A stretch of DNA of 31,371 nt from a virus: IMG/VR virus record IMGVR_UViG_3300036943_000185. One strand, 5' to 3'. The notes under the pieces are model-generated. The model was not told the origin of the DNA, ran no database searches, and saw only the letters and a program-made list of their open reading frames with translations. Of the stretch, positions 16,395-25,468 are shown piece after piece. Position 1 is the stretch's first letter. The number at the start of each line of letters is the position of its first letter. The position numbers and the translations under genes were made by a program.

Positions 16395-17393
16395 ATGGCA
16401 TTGATGTTTGAGTTATCTGATGATTGTATTAAGTTATCAGATAACAAACTAAACATGTTATACAAACATTTTGTTAATCGTTATGATGACTATGCTATAC
16501 AACAGGACAACGGTTCGTATCGTAGGTCAGACAGACCGTTGGATACTTACACACTACTTCAACACTTATCAGGTGAAATCACGATAGGTTCATACCAAAT
16601 AAGTTTAGACGGTAAGGTTAAGTGGATATGTCTTGATATAGACCATCATAACGATGAACAAAATGAGACAGATGTAGAGTTAGATACGTTAACAATCATT
16701 ACAAAACTTGAAGCGTTAGGTATAGATTACATATGTGAATCGTCTGGTTCAAGTGTGTCTAAACATATCTGGATATTCATGGATAACGTTAACGTATCAG
16801 ATGCATACAGTTTCGGTAGGGAAATAATAGGTGATACAGAGTGTGAAGTGTATCCTAAACAGAAGAAGTTAAGTGATGTTAAACCATACGGTAATTTAGT
16901 TAAGTTACCATTTGGTAAGAATAAGAAGAACGATAACTGGTCACATATCGTAACAAGTTCAGGTGATTGTATACATAAACTTAAGTTAGACAGATACATA
17001 CCGAGTGTGTACAAACGTAAGTGTAAGAGTGTCACAAAGCACTCTTCGAACTGTCTGAACATAGGTTGTTCTAATGGTGTACTACCGCTTACAATGAGAC
17101 CATGTTTAAAGAAAGTTTAGACTGGTGATATTAGTGCAGTCGGTACAGGTGGACATAACTTAAGATGTGCATTAGTACCTGAACTACGTGATTGTTGTGG
17201 TATGACTGAATCAGACATATTAAGTGTGTTTATGAATCAAATGGATTTTGATATTGAAGCAACCAGACGCAATGTTAAATCATTGATTCATTATAATAGG
17301 TATAGTTGTAGTAGAATTTTAGCAGAGTCTAAAAATATAGTAGAAGATATTTGTAAAGGATGTGTATTGAATGAAGACAAGAATCGATATTGA
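16395..17393 (+). CDS. Fused AEP primase (PriS-like) + PriL Fe-S domain, with in-frame TAG at 17118-17120
   Basis: AEP motifs CLDIDH, SSGSSVSKHIW, EVYPKQ and GNLVKLP. After RPCLKKV-TAG the frame stays open for 90 codons (TGDISAVGTGGHNLR...DFDIEATR...YSCSRI...ICKGC) and joins track ORF 17202-17393. Confidence 0.8.
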
Positions 17394-17946
17394 TTTGAAT
17401 AGAGATAACATAATTGAGATGTTACAGAATGTTAATAGAGATACAGATGCTATCATTGAGTTTCTTGATAACTCTGATTATTTTGTATCACCTGCAAGTA
17501 CAAGACACCATTTGAATTGTAAAGGTGGGTTAGCACAACATTCATTGAATGTAGCAGACATATTGGTGAAGTGGAATAATGATTACAAACTTGAACTTGA
17601 TAACGATTCACTCAGAGTAATTGGATTGTTACATGACATATGTAAGATTAATACATACAGTATTAATTATTTAAAAAATGGTAATGTAGGTAAGACACCA
17701 TTCAACAAGTTCGATAAGTTACCAATGGGTCATAGTGAGAAATCTGTGATACTTGCTAACAAATACATTGACTTAACAGAAGATGAAATGTTAGCAATAC
17801 GTTGGCATTCATTGAATTATGACCCTTCATATAGACTATATCAGAATGTACTTGACAAAAGCAGTGAATACATTATCATAACACATTTAGCAGATATGTT
17901 TGCATCTAAATACATTGATGACACATATGAAGGTGAGATAGAATGA
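17371..17946 (+). CDS. HD-domain phosphohydrolase
   Basis: PASTRHH, GGLAQHSLNV, LLHDICK, GHSEKS, AIRWH and LADMFAS motifs. Confidence 0.88.
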   Translation: MKTRIDIDLNRDNIIEMLQNVNRDTDAIIEFLDNSDYFVSPASTRHHLNCKGGLAQHSLNVADILVKWNNDYKLELDNDSLRVIGLLHDICKINTYSINYLKNGNVGKTPFNKFDKLPMGHSEKSVILANKYIDLTEDEMLAIRWHSLNYDPSYRLYQNVLDKSSEYIIITHLADMFASKYIDDTYEGEIE

Positions 17947-18077
17947 GTATAAGTGAAGAAGCACAATTGGATTATCTACAACAACGTAAATCTGAACTTA
18001 AACAACAGATAATTAATGCACAAGTAAGGATTGATGAAATAAACATGTTGATAGATACAATTAGGAAAGGGCGATAA
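17943..18077 (+). CDS. Small coiled-coil protein (44 aa)
   Basis: MSISEEAQLDYLQQRKSELKQQIINAQVRIDEI...; ATGA overlap. Confidence 0.55.
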   Translation: MSISEEAQLDYLQQRKSELKQQIINAQVRIDEINMLIDTIRKGR

Positions 18078-18080
18078 ATA

Positions 18081-18305
18081 ATGAAACTTGATATAAATAG
18101 TAAGGATATTGAAGAAGTACTTGAATCGTTTGATGATGATAACATTGACTTTGCTGAGTTTGTTAGGTCACTGGTTGGATATAAACTAAGTGAACAATAC
18201 GATGAACCAATAAAGTTAATATCAGTAACGTTTAATGAAGATAATACAATAGAATGTAGCGTTAGTAAGATAAGTTTAGATGAGAGGTTAGACAATGAAA
18301 GGTAA
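18081..18305 (+). CDS. Hypothetical protein
   Basis: 74-aa ORF in the operon run. Confidence 0.65.
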   Translation: MKLDINSKDIEEVLESFDDDNIDFAEFVRSLVGYKLSEQYDEPIKLISVTFNEDNTIECSVSKISLDERLDNER

Positions 18306-18519
18306 AATACAGAAGAATGGTGATGTAACCGTTAAGATGTCATTGGAAGAATCGTTACAATTGCTGCGTATACTTGATTGTGATTACAATAAAAGCAAAT
18401 CAGAGTATATCAGTATGCGTGGTTACACAATTGATAAAGAGACAGATAAACAATTGTTCAATGATTTGTATGAAATTGTAACTGAAGAAACAGAAATTGA
18501 TGATACAGACAAAGAGTGA
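18295..18519 (+). CDS. Hypothetical protein
   Basis: 74-aa ORF overlapping the upstream gene. Confidence 0.65.
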   Translation: MKGKIQKNGDVTVKMSLEESLQLLRILDCDYNKSKSEYISMRGYTIDKETDKQLFNDLYEIVTEETEIDDTDKE

Positions 18520-18520
18520 T

Positions 18521-18682
18521 ATGATGACACACACAACTACTGTGTGGGTTGAAGTACCAAGCACAAATGAAACGTATTCATTTGAAGATGTTAATAATGC
18601 TTACCTGTTCCAGCAAGACCTATTGAATGCTGGTATAGAAGCACATTTGTTTAGAATAGTAGAAGATAAAGATACGGAGTGA
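18521..18682 (+). CDS. Hypothetical protein
   Basis: Track frame; ATG 18521 follows GAGTGA. Confidence 0.55.
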   Translation: MMTHTTTVWVEVPSTNETYSFEDVNNAYLFQQDLLNAGIEAHLFRIVEDKDTE

Positions 18683-19101
18683 TTAATATGGGAAAGACAC
18701 CTAAGTACGCAAGAGAGAAAATGATTGAATTGATGAAAGACACAAGAGCACAGCAACGATGTGATTTAGTAAGGGAATTACTCAATGAACTCAAAGAAAA
18801 CAATAAAGATGTGTATGATGAGCGTGATGGTGTAACTAAAGAACTATCTGATGTACGTGAACAACTAAGTAAACTACGTAAGAAGGAACGTGAACTTGAG
18901 CGTAAGGAATCTGAAATTGGAAATAAGATAACGAAGGTGAAAAGAGAAGCACAATTGTATATAACATCACCATCTGAGTCAGGCACATGTAGAGCAGGTC
19001 ATCTACATCCAAAACTTGAGGAATTTGATATAGAAACAAAGAGAATTGAGATACAGATATTGACTGATGAAGAAGTTGATAAAAGTATCATTGGGTTGTA
19101 A
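18679..19101 (+). CDS. Coiled-coil protein
   Basis: Heptad-like K/E/R-rich central region; likely ATG at 18688. Confidence 0.65.
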   Translation: MINMGKTPKYAREKMIELMKDTRAQQRCDLVRELLNELKENNKDVYDERDGVTKELSDVREQLSKLRKKERELERKESEIGNKITKVKREAQLYITSPSESGTCRAGHLHPKLEEFDIETKRIEIQILTDEEVDKSIIGL

Positions 19102-19148
19102 CCACAACCCTATACCTTTTAGGGTCAAAAATGGGTAGAAACGCATAG

Positions 19149-19421
19149 GTGATATATATGAGAGTGTATATAGACAATACACAAGACGATGAAGACAATA
19201 AGTGGATAGGTAAAACAATTCGTATCGATGAAAGATTTTGTAAACATAACAATGTACCACATGTAAACAAAGTAATGTTGATAGAAGAAATACGAGGTGC
19301 AATAATATTAAGGTTTGTTGATGCAATGGGTATATGTCCACCAGTAGATGTTACGATACCTAACGATAGGTTTGAAATATTGAAGACGGATAATATGAGT
19401 CTGGATAGATATGAACAGTAA
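19149..19421 (+). CDS. Hypothetical protein
   Basis: 90 aa, AGGTGA RBS. Confidence 0.6.
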   Translation: MIYMRVYIDNTQDDEDNKWIGKTIRIDERFCKHNNVPHVNKVMLIEEIRGAIILRFVDAMGICPPVDVTIPNDRFEILKTDNMSLDRYEQ

Positions 19422-19995
19422 AACCAAACGTATTCAGAGACGTAGGTTGAACAGACAGGAAAAGAAAAATAATATTAGTAATGTTGATGTAGGTGAACAG
19501 TTTGAATGGTTCATGACAGAATATTTTAATGAGTATATGGATACATATAGTTTGAATGGACTTGCTTACATGTATCCAATACATCCTAACTATACACAAA
19601 AGATTGATGTGTTGATTGATAATTTTGATTCGATGTTTATAGGTATTGAATGTAAGAGTGTATATGAAGATGGACACCCACTTCATAATAAATGCAATCA
19701 CTTTAGAAACACAAGATTTTATTTCAGTAAGTTGTTTCGCATCAATAAAAATGGTGAATCACAATTACATAGACAACATCAATTTTTGGTATGCACAGAT
19801 AGACGTGGTTTGATTGCATTTGAGTTTAGATGTATGGATGAAGTGTTTTTAGTACCACATCAAATAGTTTATGATAAGTGGAAATCAGGCAACAAGTTTA
19901 TTACATCGTAGGACATAATAACAAATGCTTATCAAATTGGAAGTAAAGGCAGTTTAGTTAAGTTTATATCGAATAAATGTGAGGTAACAAAATGA
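19411..19995 (+). CDS. PD-(D/E)XK nuclease (Hjc/RecU-like), paralog 2, with in-frame TAG at 19909-19911
   Basis: QFEWF...IDVLID...IGIECKSV...SQLHRQ. After the TAG, 27 sense codons lead to a TGA that overlaps the next ATG (ATGA at 19992). Confidence 0.7.
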
Positions 19996-20150
19996 AATTA
20001 ATTAAGTTTATTGTTAATGGAGATGAGGTAAAATATTTTGAATTGTTCGGTAGATACATATTGGTAGGAAAGTCAGGTGATAGTCTAAGCAAAATGTTAA
20101 AAGATATGCCAACAGAAGTCAATCACATGATAAAGATATGTGATGATTAA
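19992..20150 (+). CDS. Small hypothetical protein (52 aa)
   Basis: MKLIKFIVNGDEVKYFEL...; GAGGTAA RBS. Confidence 0.55.
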   Translation: MKLIKFIVNGDEVKYFELFGRYILVGKSGDSLSKMLKDMPTEVNHMIKICDD

Positions 20151-20151
20151 T

Positions 20152-20262
20152 ATGATTGATATTCAAAATCCACTTTGGGGTGTTATTGTAGCGGTTGTTT
20201 ATATAGCAACAAATGTATTGGCATCAAAGTTAGCAGAACGGAGAAACAGTGATGAACAATGA
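20152..20262 (+). CDS. Small single-TM protein (36 aa)
   Basis: MIDIQNPLWGVIVAVVYIATNVLASKLAERR...; ATGA overlap with the next gene. Confidence 0.5.
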   Translation: MIDIQNPLWGVIVAVVYIATNVLASKLAERRNSDEQ

Positions 20263-20441
20263 AAGGACAGAAGTATTATGCAAAGGGCATAGTTGAACAT
20301 GTAGTAGACCCATTGAACGAAGATATGTTAGTAGATGCATTCATCGATGATTATGAAAGAGATGATGTTATTGCTAATATATGTAAACATTTACCAATAG
20401 GAACGAAAGTAAAGATAACAATAGAGGTATTAGATGATTGA
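20259..20441 (+). CDS. Hypothetical protein
   Basis: 60-aa ORF overlapping both neighbours. Confidence 0.6.
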   Translation: MKGQKYYAKGIVEHVVDPLNEDMLVDAFIDDYERDDVIANICKHLPIGTKVKITIEVLDD

Positions 20442-21066
20442 GATAAAAAGACCATCGATACCGTCTGCTTACGAAGCGTTATGGAAACGTGTGTGGCATT
20501 ACGGTAAGAAGGACATAGACGAACGTGGTGACGCTGTAAGAGTGCTACACTACGTATGGGTCGAGATAACCTCAGATGACCTCACATATCCGTCTGTGTG
20601 CTATGTAAATGAAGCAATAGGTGATTCGTTCGTAGACGGATTAACCGATTCAGACCTGTCACGGTGTGTTGGTTATGAGTTTGATTATGGTTATGGCGAT
20701 AGGTTACGTCAGAAATATGCACTTGCAACAGTTGTTGAGATGTTAAGAGAGAACCATAAGACCAGACGTGGGTGCATACCAATAACAGAATCAAACGATT
20801 TACGTGCATCACACATGTATAACATTGAGATACCGTGTGCTACACAGGTAGAGTTCGAGGTTGTCGATGATAAGTTAGATATGGTATTACATATGCGTAG
20901 TAATGATGTACTTAACGCATTTCCTTCGGATGTCTACGGATTCAGACATTTACAAATGATGGTATGTGATTACACTGGTATACCAATTGGTAACTACTAT
21001 CAGTATATAAAGAATGCACATATAATAGAACATGCAGCACAAGATTGGATAGAGGAACATTTATGA
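20434..21066 (+). CDS. thyA: Thymidylate synthase / dCMP hydroxymethylase family protein (archaeal ThyA-like)
   Basis: YGYGDRL, TRRG, IPC (catalytic Cys135), MRSNDVLNAFPSD and NAHI motifs. Confidence 0.85.
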   Translation: MIEIKRPSIPSAYEALWKRVWHYGKKDIDERGDAVRVLHYVWVEITSDDLTYPSVCYVNEAIGDSFVDGLTDSDLSRCVGYEFDYGYGDRLRQKYALATVVEMLRENHKTRRGCIPITESNDLRASHMYNIEIPCATQVEFEVVDDKLDMVLHMRSNDVLNAFPSDVYGFRHLQMMVCDYTGIPIGNYYQYIKNAHIIEHAAQDWIEEHL

Positions 21067-21206
21067 ACAATGAAGACATAGTAATAAAGGTAATCAGAGA
21101 AGAAACTAAAGAGGAACTAAGACAGATTATGATATTGGAAAATTTAAATTCATTTGATGAATGTATAAATTTCCTTGCAGACAAATATCATAATAAGGAG
21201 ATGTAA
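21063..21206 (+). CDS. Small ribbon-helix-helix-like DNA-binding protein (47 aa)
   Basis: IKVIREETKEELRQIM...SFDECINFL, a pattern typical of small archaeal RHH/antitoxin-like proteins. Confidence 0.55.
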   Translation: MNNEDIVIKVIREETKEELRQIMILENLNSFDECINFLADKYHNKEM

Positions 21207-21208
21207 TA

Positions 21209-21514
21209 ATGGATGTAATAGGCAATATGATACACTTTAAGAGTGACCCGATGAACTTTAAGAAAGAATTGATAGGTGTCAAACGTAATACTGTTAGAAT
21301 AATGAAACTATCAGAAAGGTTTAAGTTATATGAACTCATTGAGTCACATGAACATGACATTTGTATAGATGAGAAAACAGGATTACTTGAAGTTAATAGT
21401 GATGCATATATAACGATACACAACAGTGAAACAGGTGAATATTTCACAAGAAAACTTAAGGATATATCTACGTTGGATACAGGTATGAACACAGTATTTA
21501 TATTTTCATGGTGA
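21209..21514 (+). CDS. ASCH/PUA-like domain protein
   Basis: FKSDP..F..E..GVKRNTVR and a ITIHNSETGEYFTR pattern. Confidence 0.6.
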   Translation: MDVIGNMIHFKSDPMNFKKELIGVKRNTVRIMKLSERFKLYELIESHEHDICIDEKTGLLEVNSDAYITIHNSETGEYFTRKLKDISTLDTGMNTVFIFSW

Positions 21515-21519
21515 ATTTT

Positions 21520-21648
21520 ATGGAAGAAGATTATGAGTTATGGAAATCTATAAGTAAATTGAGAACAATGTCACATACAGAGAAGTGGCAGTTTTATCGT
21601 AGTATGATTAGAAACAGTGAGTTACATAGACGATTGGAGAGTAAATAA
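21520..21648 (+). CDS. Small hypothetical protein (42 aa)
   Basis: MEEDYELWKSISKLR...; GGTGA RBS. Confidence 0.5.
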   Translation: MEEDYELWKSISKLRTMSHTEKWQFYRSMIRNSELHRRLESK

Positions 21649-21765
21649 ATGATAGAAAACTTTTGGATAACATTTTGGTATACGTTTGGTATAGGTATGG
21701 GAATAGCAGCCGTAATGGTAGTGTATGGATTGATAGGTGCAATAGCAACTTTGATAAGCAGGTGA
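21649..21765 (+). CDS. Small membrane protein (38 aa)
   Basis: MIENFWITFWYTFGIGMGIAAVMVVYGLIGAIATLISR. Confidence 0.5.
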   Translation: MIENFWITFWYTFGIGMGIAAVMVVYGLIGAIATLISR

Positions 21766-21769
21766 TAAT

Positions 21770-22117
21770 ATGAACAGACAAGAAAAAATATTCCTATTGG
21801 ATAGGATACTTCATGATATACGTGGTGATTGGTCGGAGTTTAGTGATTTAGAATGGAGAGTGCGAAAAGCACGAGAACTCGCATACGAACTTGAACTTGA
21901 TACACATGTTGAAAGAATTGATATGTACAACAAAGAACGAGTGGAAACAGGAGATAACGATGGTCGGGTATTTCGTGCACATTATATATACGGTGGATAT
22001 GGAGGTATGAGTGAATTGCACGGAATGAATTACAGTAAAGAAGGCAAATCAGAAGAACTTATAGAGGAAATATATAACGTATGCTCTCATCCAGATATGA
22101 TGTTTGTGGATTCGTGA
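21770..22117 (+). CDS. Hypothetical protein
   Basis: 115 aa, AGGTGA RBS. Confidence 0.7.
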   Translation: MNRQEKIFLLDRILHDIRGDWSEFSDLEWRVRKARELAYELELDTHVERIDMYNKERVETGDNDGRVFRAHYIYGGYGGMSELHGMNYSKEGKSEELIEEIYNVCSHPDMMFVDS

Positions 22118-22129
22118 TAGGTGATATAA

Positions 22130-22333
22130 ATGAGAACTGTTGATACAACATTAATGAAAAGATTACTCGATTGTTTATGTGTAGATAAATTAGATATTAA
22201 AACGGATGGTGATAGTATATGTGTAACAGAACCAGATTTTATAAACCTTGAATTATCTCATGCTGGGTTTGGTGATACAATAGACGAAGCAATAAATGAT
22301 TTGATAGATAGAATTTATGAGGATGTGATATAA
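22130..22333 (+). CDS. Small protein with HicB-like N-terminal fold pattern
   Basis: DGDSICV...F...SHAGFGDTIDEAINDL resembles the G.T..EA motif. Confidence 0.45.
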   Translation: MRTVDTTLMKRLLDCLCVDKLDIKTDGDSICVTEPDFINLELSHAGFGDTIDEAINDLIDRIYEDVI

Positions 22334-22492
22334 ATGATAGATATATATTGTGATGATGAAGATTGTGAAGGTAAATGCAGAGTAGTAGGTGTACTTAATG
22401 TTAAAGAAGATGGCAAAATGAGATGTCTTGTACAGTGTAACGAATGTATGAATGTTTACACACGTAAAGGATTTACAAGTGACTTGAGGTGA
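22334..22492 (+). CDS. Small Zn-ribbon protein (52 aa)
   Basis: YCDDEDC...QCNEC. Confidence 0.55.
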   Translation: MIDIYCDDEDCEGKCRVVGVLNVKEDGKMRCLVQCNECMNVYTRKGFTSDLR

Positions 22493-22499
22493 TTTGAGA

Positions 22500-22952
22500 A
22501 TGCAGATATATGATATAGGATATAAAATAGTAGATGATGACGCAGTTAAACCTTACTACGACCATGTAGGTGACAGTGGATTTCCATTGATTTCAGTTGA
22601 AGATGATTTCATAATAGAACCAGAAGATATAGCATTGGTAGATACTGGAATACAGTTTGATATACCGGAAGGTTTAGAATTGTGTGTACGTTCACGTTCT
22701 GGAATGACTAAGAAACATGGCATCGTAGTAGCACAAGGTGTAGGTACAGTAGACCAGAATTATCGTGGTAACGTATTTGTATTACTCTATAACATATCTG
22801 ATTTACCAATGACTATAAATAAAGGTATGAAGATAGCACAGGGTATATGGAATGAGTTGCCAGATGTTGTATTCCATGAAGTAGATGAGTTATCTGAGAC
22901 AAGTCGTGGTTCAGACGCACTCAACAGTACAGGGTATTACAAACGTGAGTAA
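22500..22952 (+). CDS. dut: Trimeric dUTPase
   Basis: DSGFPL, RSRSG, GTVDQNYRG, KIAQ and RGSDALNSTG correspond to motifs 1-5. Confidence 0.9.
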   Translation: MQIYDIGYKIVDDDAVKPYYDHVGDSGFPLISVEDDFIIEPEDIALVDTGIQFDIPEGLELCVRSRSGMTKKHGIVVAQGVGTVDQNYRGNVFVLLYNISDLPMTINKGMKIAQGIWNELPDVVFHEVDELSETSRGSDALNSTGYYKRE

Positions 22953-22988
22953 TACCTTACTTTATTTATTTTTAATAGGTGATATTTA

Positions 22989-25253
22989 ATGAAAGCAGAA
23001 GATTATTTTGATAGTCAGTTAGGTATAGATATTTGGAATAACAAATACCGACAGAACAATGAATCATTCGATGAATGGTTAGATAGAGTTAGCGGTGGTA
23101 ACGAAAGTGTACGTATGCTAATCGAACAAAAGAAGTTCATGTTCGGTGGTAGAATACTTGCTAACAGAGGTATCACTGATAGAAATGTAAGTTTAAGCAA
23201 TTGTTATTATATGGATATACCAGATGATTCAATTGATGCAATATATGAAACATCACGTAAGTTAGCAAAAACATTTAGTTGGGGTGGTGGAGTAGGTATT
23301 GACATGAGTGTACTTGCACCAAGAGGGGCTAAAATAAATAATGCTGCTAATGAAACAACTGGTGCTGTATCGTTTATGAGTACATTTAATGAAGTAGCAA
23401 AAACTATTGGTGCTGAAGGTAGACGTGCAGCACTGTTGATGTCGTTGAAATCTGAACATCCAGATTTAGAAGAATTTATTACATGTAAATCAGAAGATGG
23501 TAAAATAAGTGGTGCTAACATTAGCATACAAGCATCTGATGATTTCATGTCAAGTATATATAATGAAGGTTCATATGAATTATCATATACCAGACACAAC
23601 GGTGATACAACATCCAAAGTAATTGATAGTACAAGAGTATTTAGAACATTTTCTGAAAACAATTGGAATTGGTCAGAACCGGGTATGCAATTCATTGACA
23701 GAATGCGTAGTTGGGGATTACTTAGTGAATATAATGATTACATAATCAATGGAACAAATGCTTGTAATGAACTCACTTTACCTGACGGTGGTGCATGTTT
23801 ATTAGGTAGTATTAATTTAGATGAACTTGATGTAAATGGATTATTAAGTGCTGTTCCGCAATGGAATGAGTTAGAGGAAACAGTTGATATAGCAGTTCGT
23901 GGAATGAACGAAGTGTTAATTGAAGCACTTGGGAGACATCCACTTGAATACCAACGTGATGTAGTTAATGATTGGAGACAGATAGGACTGGGTGTATTTG
24001 GATATGCAAGTCTATTAATAAAACTCGGATTGAAGTATGGCAGTCAGGAAGCATTGTTATTCACTGAACATATGTTCAGAAGAATACTGAAACAAGCAGT
24101 TCTAACAAGTGCTGACGTAGCCAGAATAAATGGTTCATTCCCAAAGTTTGACTTAGACAAAACACTTCAATCCAAATTTGTACAAGAGAATTTTGATGAT
24201 GAAATGGTTGATGCTATAACTAAGTATGGTTTAGCAAATGGTTCACTGTTATCAATTGCACCAACTGGTAGCATAAGTACAATGATGGGTCAAACATCGG
24301 GTGGAACTGAACCATACTTTGCATTGAGTTACAATAGAAGAACAGAAAGTCTACACGGTGAAAGAATTGTATATAAGGTTGATTCACCAATTGTGAAGTG
24401 GTACAAAGATAACCATGATGTACCCAAAGAAAACGATGAGTTACCACATTATTTTGTAACCACTATGGATGTTTCGGTTCATGATAGGATAAGAACGCAA
24501 TCAGTAATACAGCAATACATTGATACATCTATAAGCAGTACAATAAACTTACCAAACAGTGCAACAATTGAAGATGTAGAGGAAGTTTATATAAATGGTT
24601 GGATATATGGTCTTAAAGGCATTACTGTTCATAGACAAGGTAATAAACGTGAAGGAATACTTACAGTTGGTGATGCATCTGAAGATAAAGATATAGGTAT
24701 GGAATTAAAACGGGGTGATTGGGAACCAGAGCCAACAGATTTAGCAAGTACTGATAGAGATATTTATACTGGATGTGGTCAAATCAAAATGTTTATCAGA
24801 TATTCGAGAACAAATAACAAAATATTTGATTTTTGGATAAAACGTTCTGGTAAAGGCGGATGTGAACGATCTTTGGATGATATTGCAGTAGCAATGTCTG
24901 GAATGCTTAGACTTGGAGGGAGTATTAACAATATAAAAAAGGCATTTAAAGGTATAGGTGTATGTAACTCATTTAGCAATGCTCGTAAATCTGGACAAAT
25001 TGTCAGCAAAGGAAATAATTGTGGTGACTCTATGTTACGCAAATTACTCGAATTTAAAGAAGATGTTGATAATGATAATCTGGATATTAATGGACATCCT
25101 TTAGAGGACATTGACGGTACTCCATTGAATAAAACACAAAAACAACCACAACCCATAAAAAAAGGCACATTGTGCCCTGAATGTGGTGGTAATATAGCAT
25201 ACGCTGGTGGATGTATAGAATGTCGAACATGTGGTTATAGCAAATGTGATTAA
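22989..25253 (+). CDS. nrdJ: Class II (B12-dependent) ribonucleotide reductase with TSCPD-like and Zn-ribbon C-terminus
   Basis: SLSNC, GGGVG, TNACNE..L...GACLLGSIN, IAPTGSIS, SSTINLP and KGITVHR motifs; C-terminal CPECGG...GCIECRTCGYSKC. Confidence 0.93.
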   Translation: MKAEDYFDSQLGIDIWNNKYRQNNESFDEWLDRVSGGNESVRMLIEQKKFMFGGRILANRGITDRNVSLSNCYYMDIPDDSIDAIYETSRKLAKTFSWGGGVGIDMSVLAPRGAKINNAANETTGAVSFMSTFNEVAKTIGAEGRRAALLMSLKSEHPDLEEFITCKSEDGKISGANISIQASDDFMSSIYNEGSYELSYTRHNGDTTSKVIDSTRVFRTFSENNWNWSEPGMQFIDRMRSWGLLSEYNDYIINGTNACNELTLPDGGACLLGSINLDELDVNGLLSAVPQWNELEETVDIAVRGMNEVLIEALGRHPLEYQRDVVNDWRQIGLGVFGYASLLIKLGLKYGSQEALLFTEHMFRRILKQAVLTSADVARINGSFPKFDLDKTLQSKFVQENFDDEMVDAITKYGLANGSLLSIAPTGSISTMMGQTSGGTEPYFALSYNRRTESLHGERIVYKVDSPIVKWYKDNHDVPKENDELPHYFVTTMDVSVHDRIRTQSVIQQYIDTSISSTINLPNSATIEDVEEVYINGWIYGLKGITVHRQGNKREGILTVGDASEDKDIGMELKRGDWEPEPTDLASTDRDIYTGCGQIKMFIRYSRTNNKIFDFWIKRSGKGGCERSLDDIAVAMSGMLRLGGSINNIKKAFKGIGVCNSFSNARKSGQIVSKGNNCGDSMLRKLLEFKEDVDNDNLDINGHPLEDIDGTPLNKTQKQPQPIKKGTLCPECGGNIAYAGGCIECRTCGYSKCD

Positions 25254-25464
25254 AATGATGAATGGTGATAAATACGAACATACCGGTAGAATGACTGTTG
25301 GACAGTTAAAGAAAGTTCTGGGTGAATATAATGATAATGCGAAAGTAATAATCAGTGCATGTAATTCAAATATGTTAGGAAACGATAGATTTCCAGAACA
25401 TGTCATTGGTCATACTGAATCAGATAGAAAGGGTTATTTAGTATTGGTGACTACAATAAGGTGA
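25231..25464 (+). CDS. Hypothetical protein
   Basis: MTVGQLKKVLGEYNDNAKVII pattern common in viral small proteins; the true start is probably downstream of 25231. Confidence 0.6.
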   Translation: MVIANVIKMMNGDKYEHTGRMTVGQLKKVLGEYNDNAKVIISACNSNMLGNDRFPEHVIGHTESDRKGYLVLVTTIR

Positions 25465-25468
25465 TAAA

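Noticed and set aside
17121-17190. PYLIS-like hairpin after the primase TAG (CAGGT..ACAT/ATGT..ACCTG)
   Set aside because: Weak, interrupted pairing; no comparable structure is evident after the other TAGs.
17121-17393. Primase C-terminal part as a pseudogene fragment or a separate 63-aa gene from ATG 17202
   Set aside because: The frame is continuous with the upstream domain, conserved PriL-like residues lie between the TAG and ATG 17202, and that ATG has no clear RBS.
22989-25253. Intein or inactivation in RNR (TNACNE instead of TNPCGE)
   Set aside because: Length and motif order are normal with no intein signatures; the Asn, thiyl Cys and Glu are retained.
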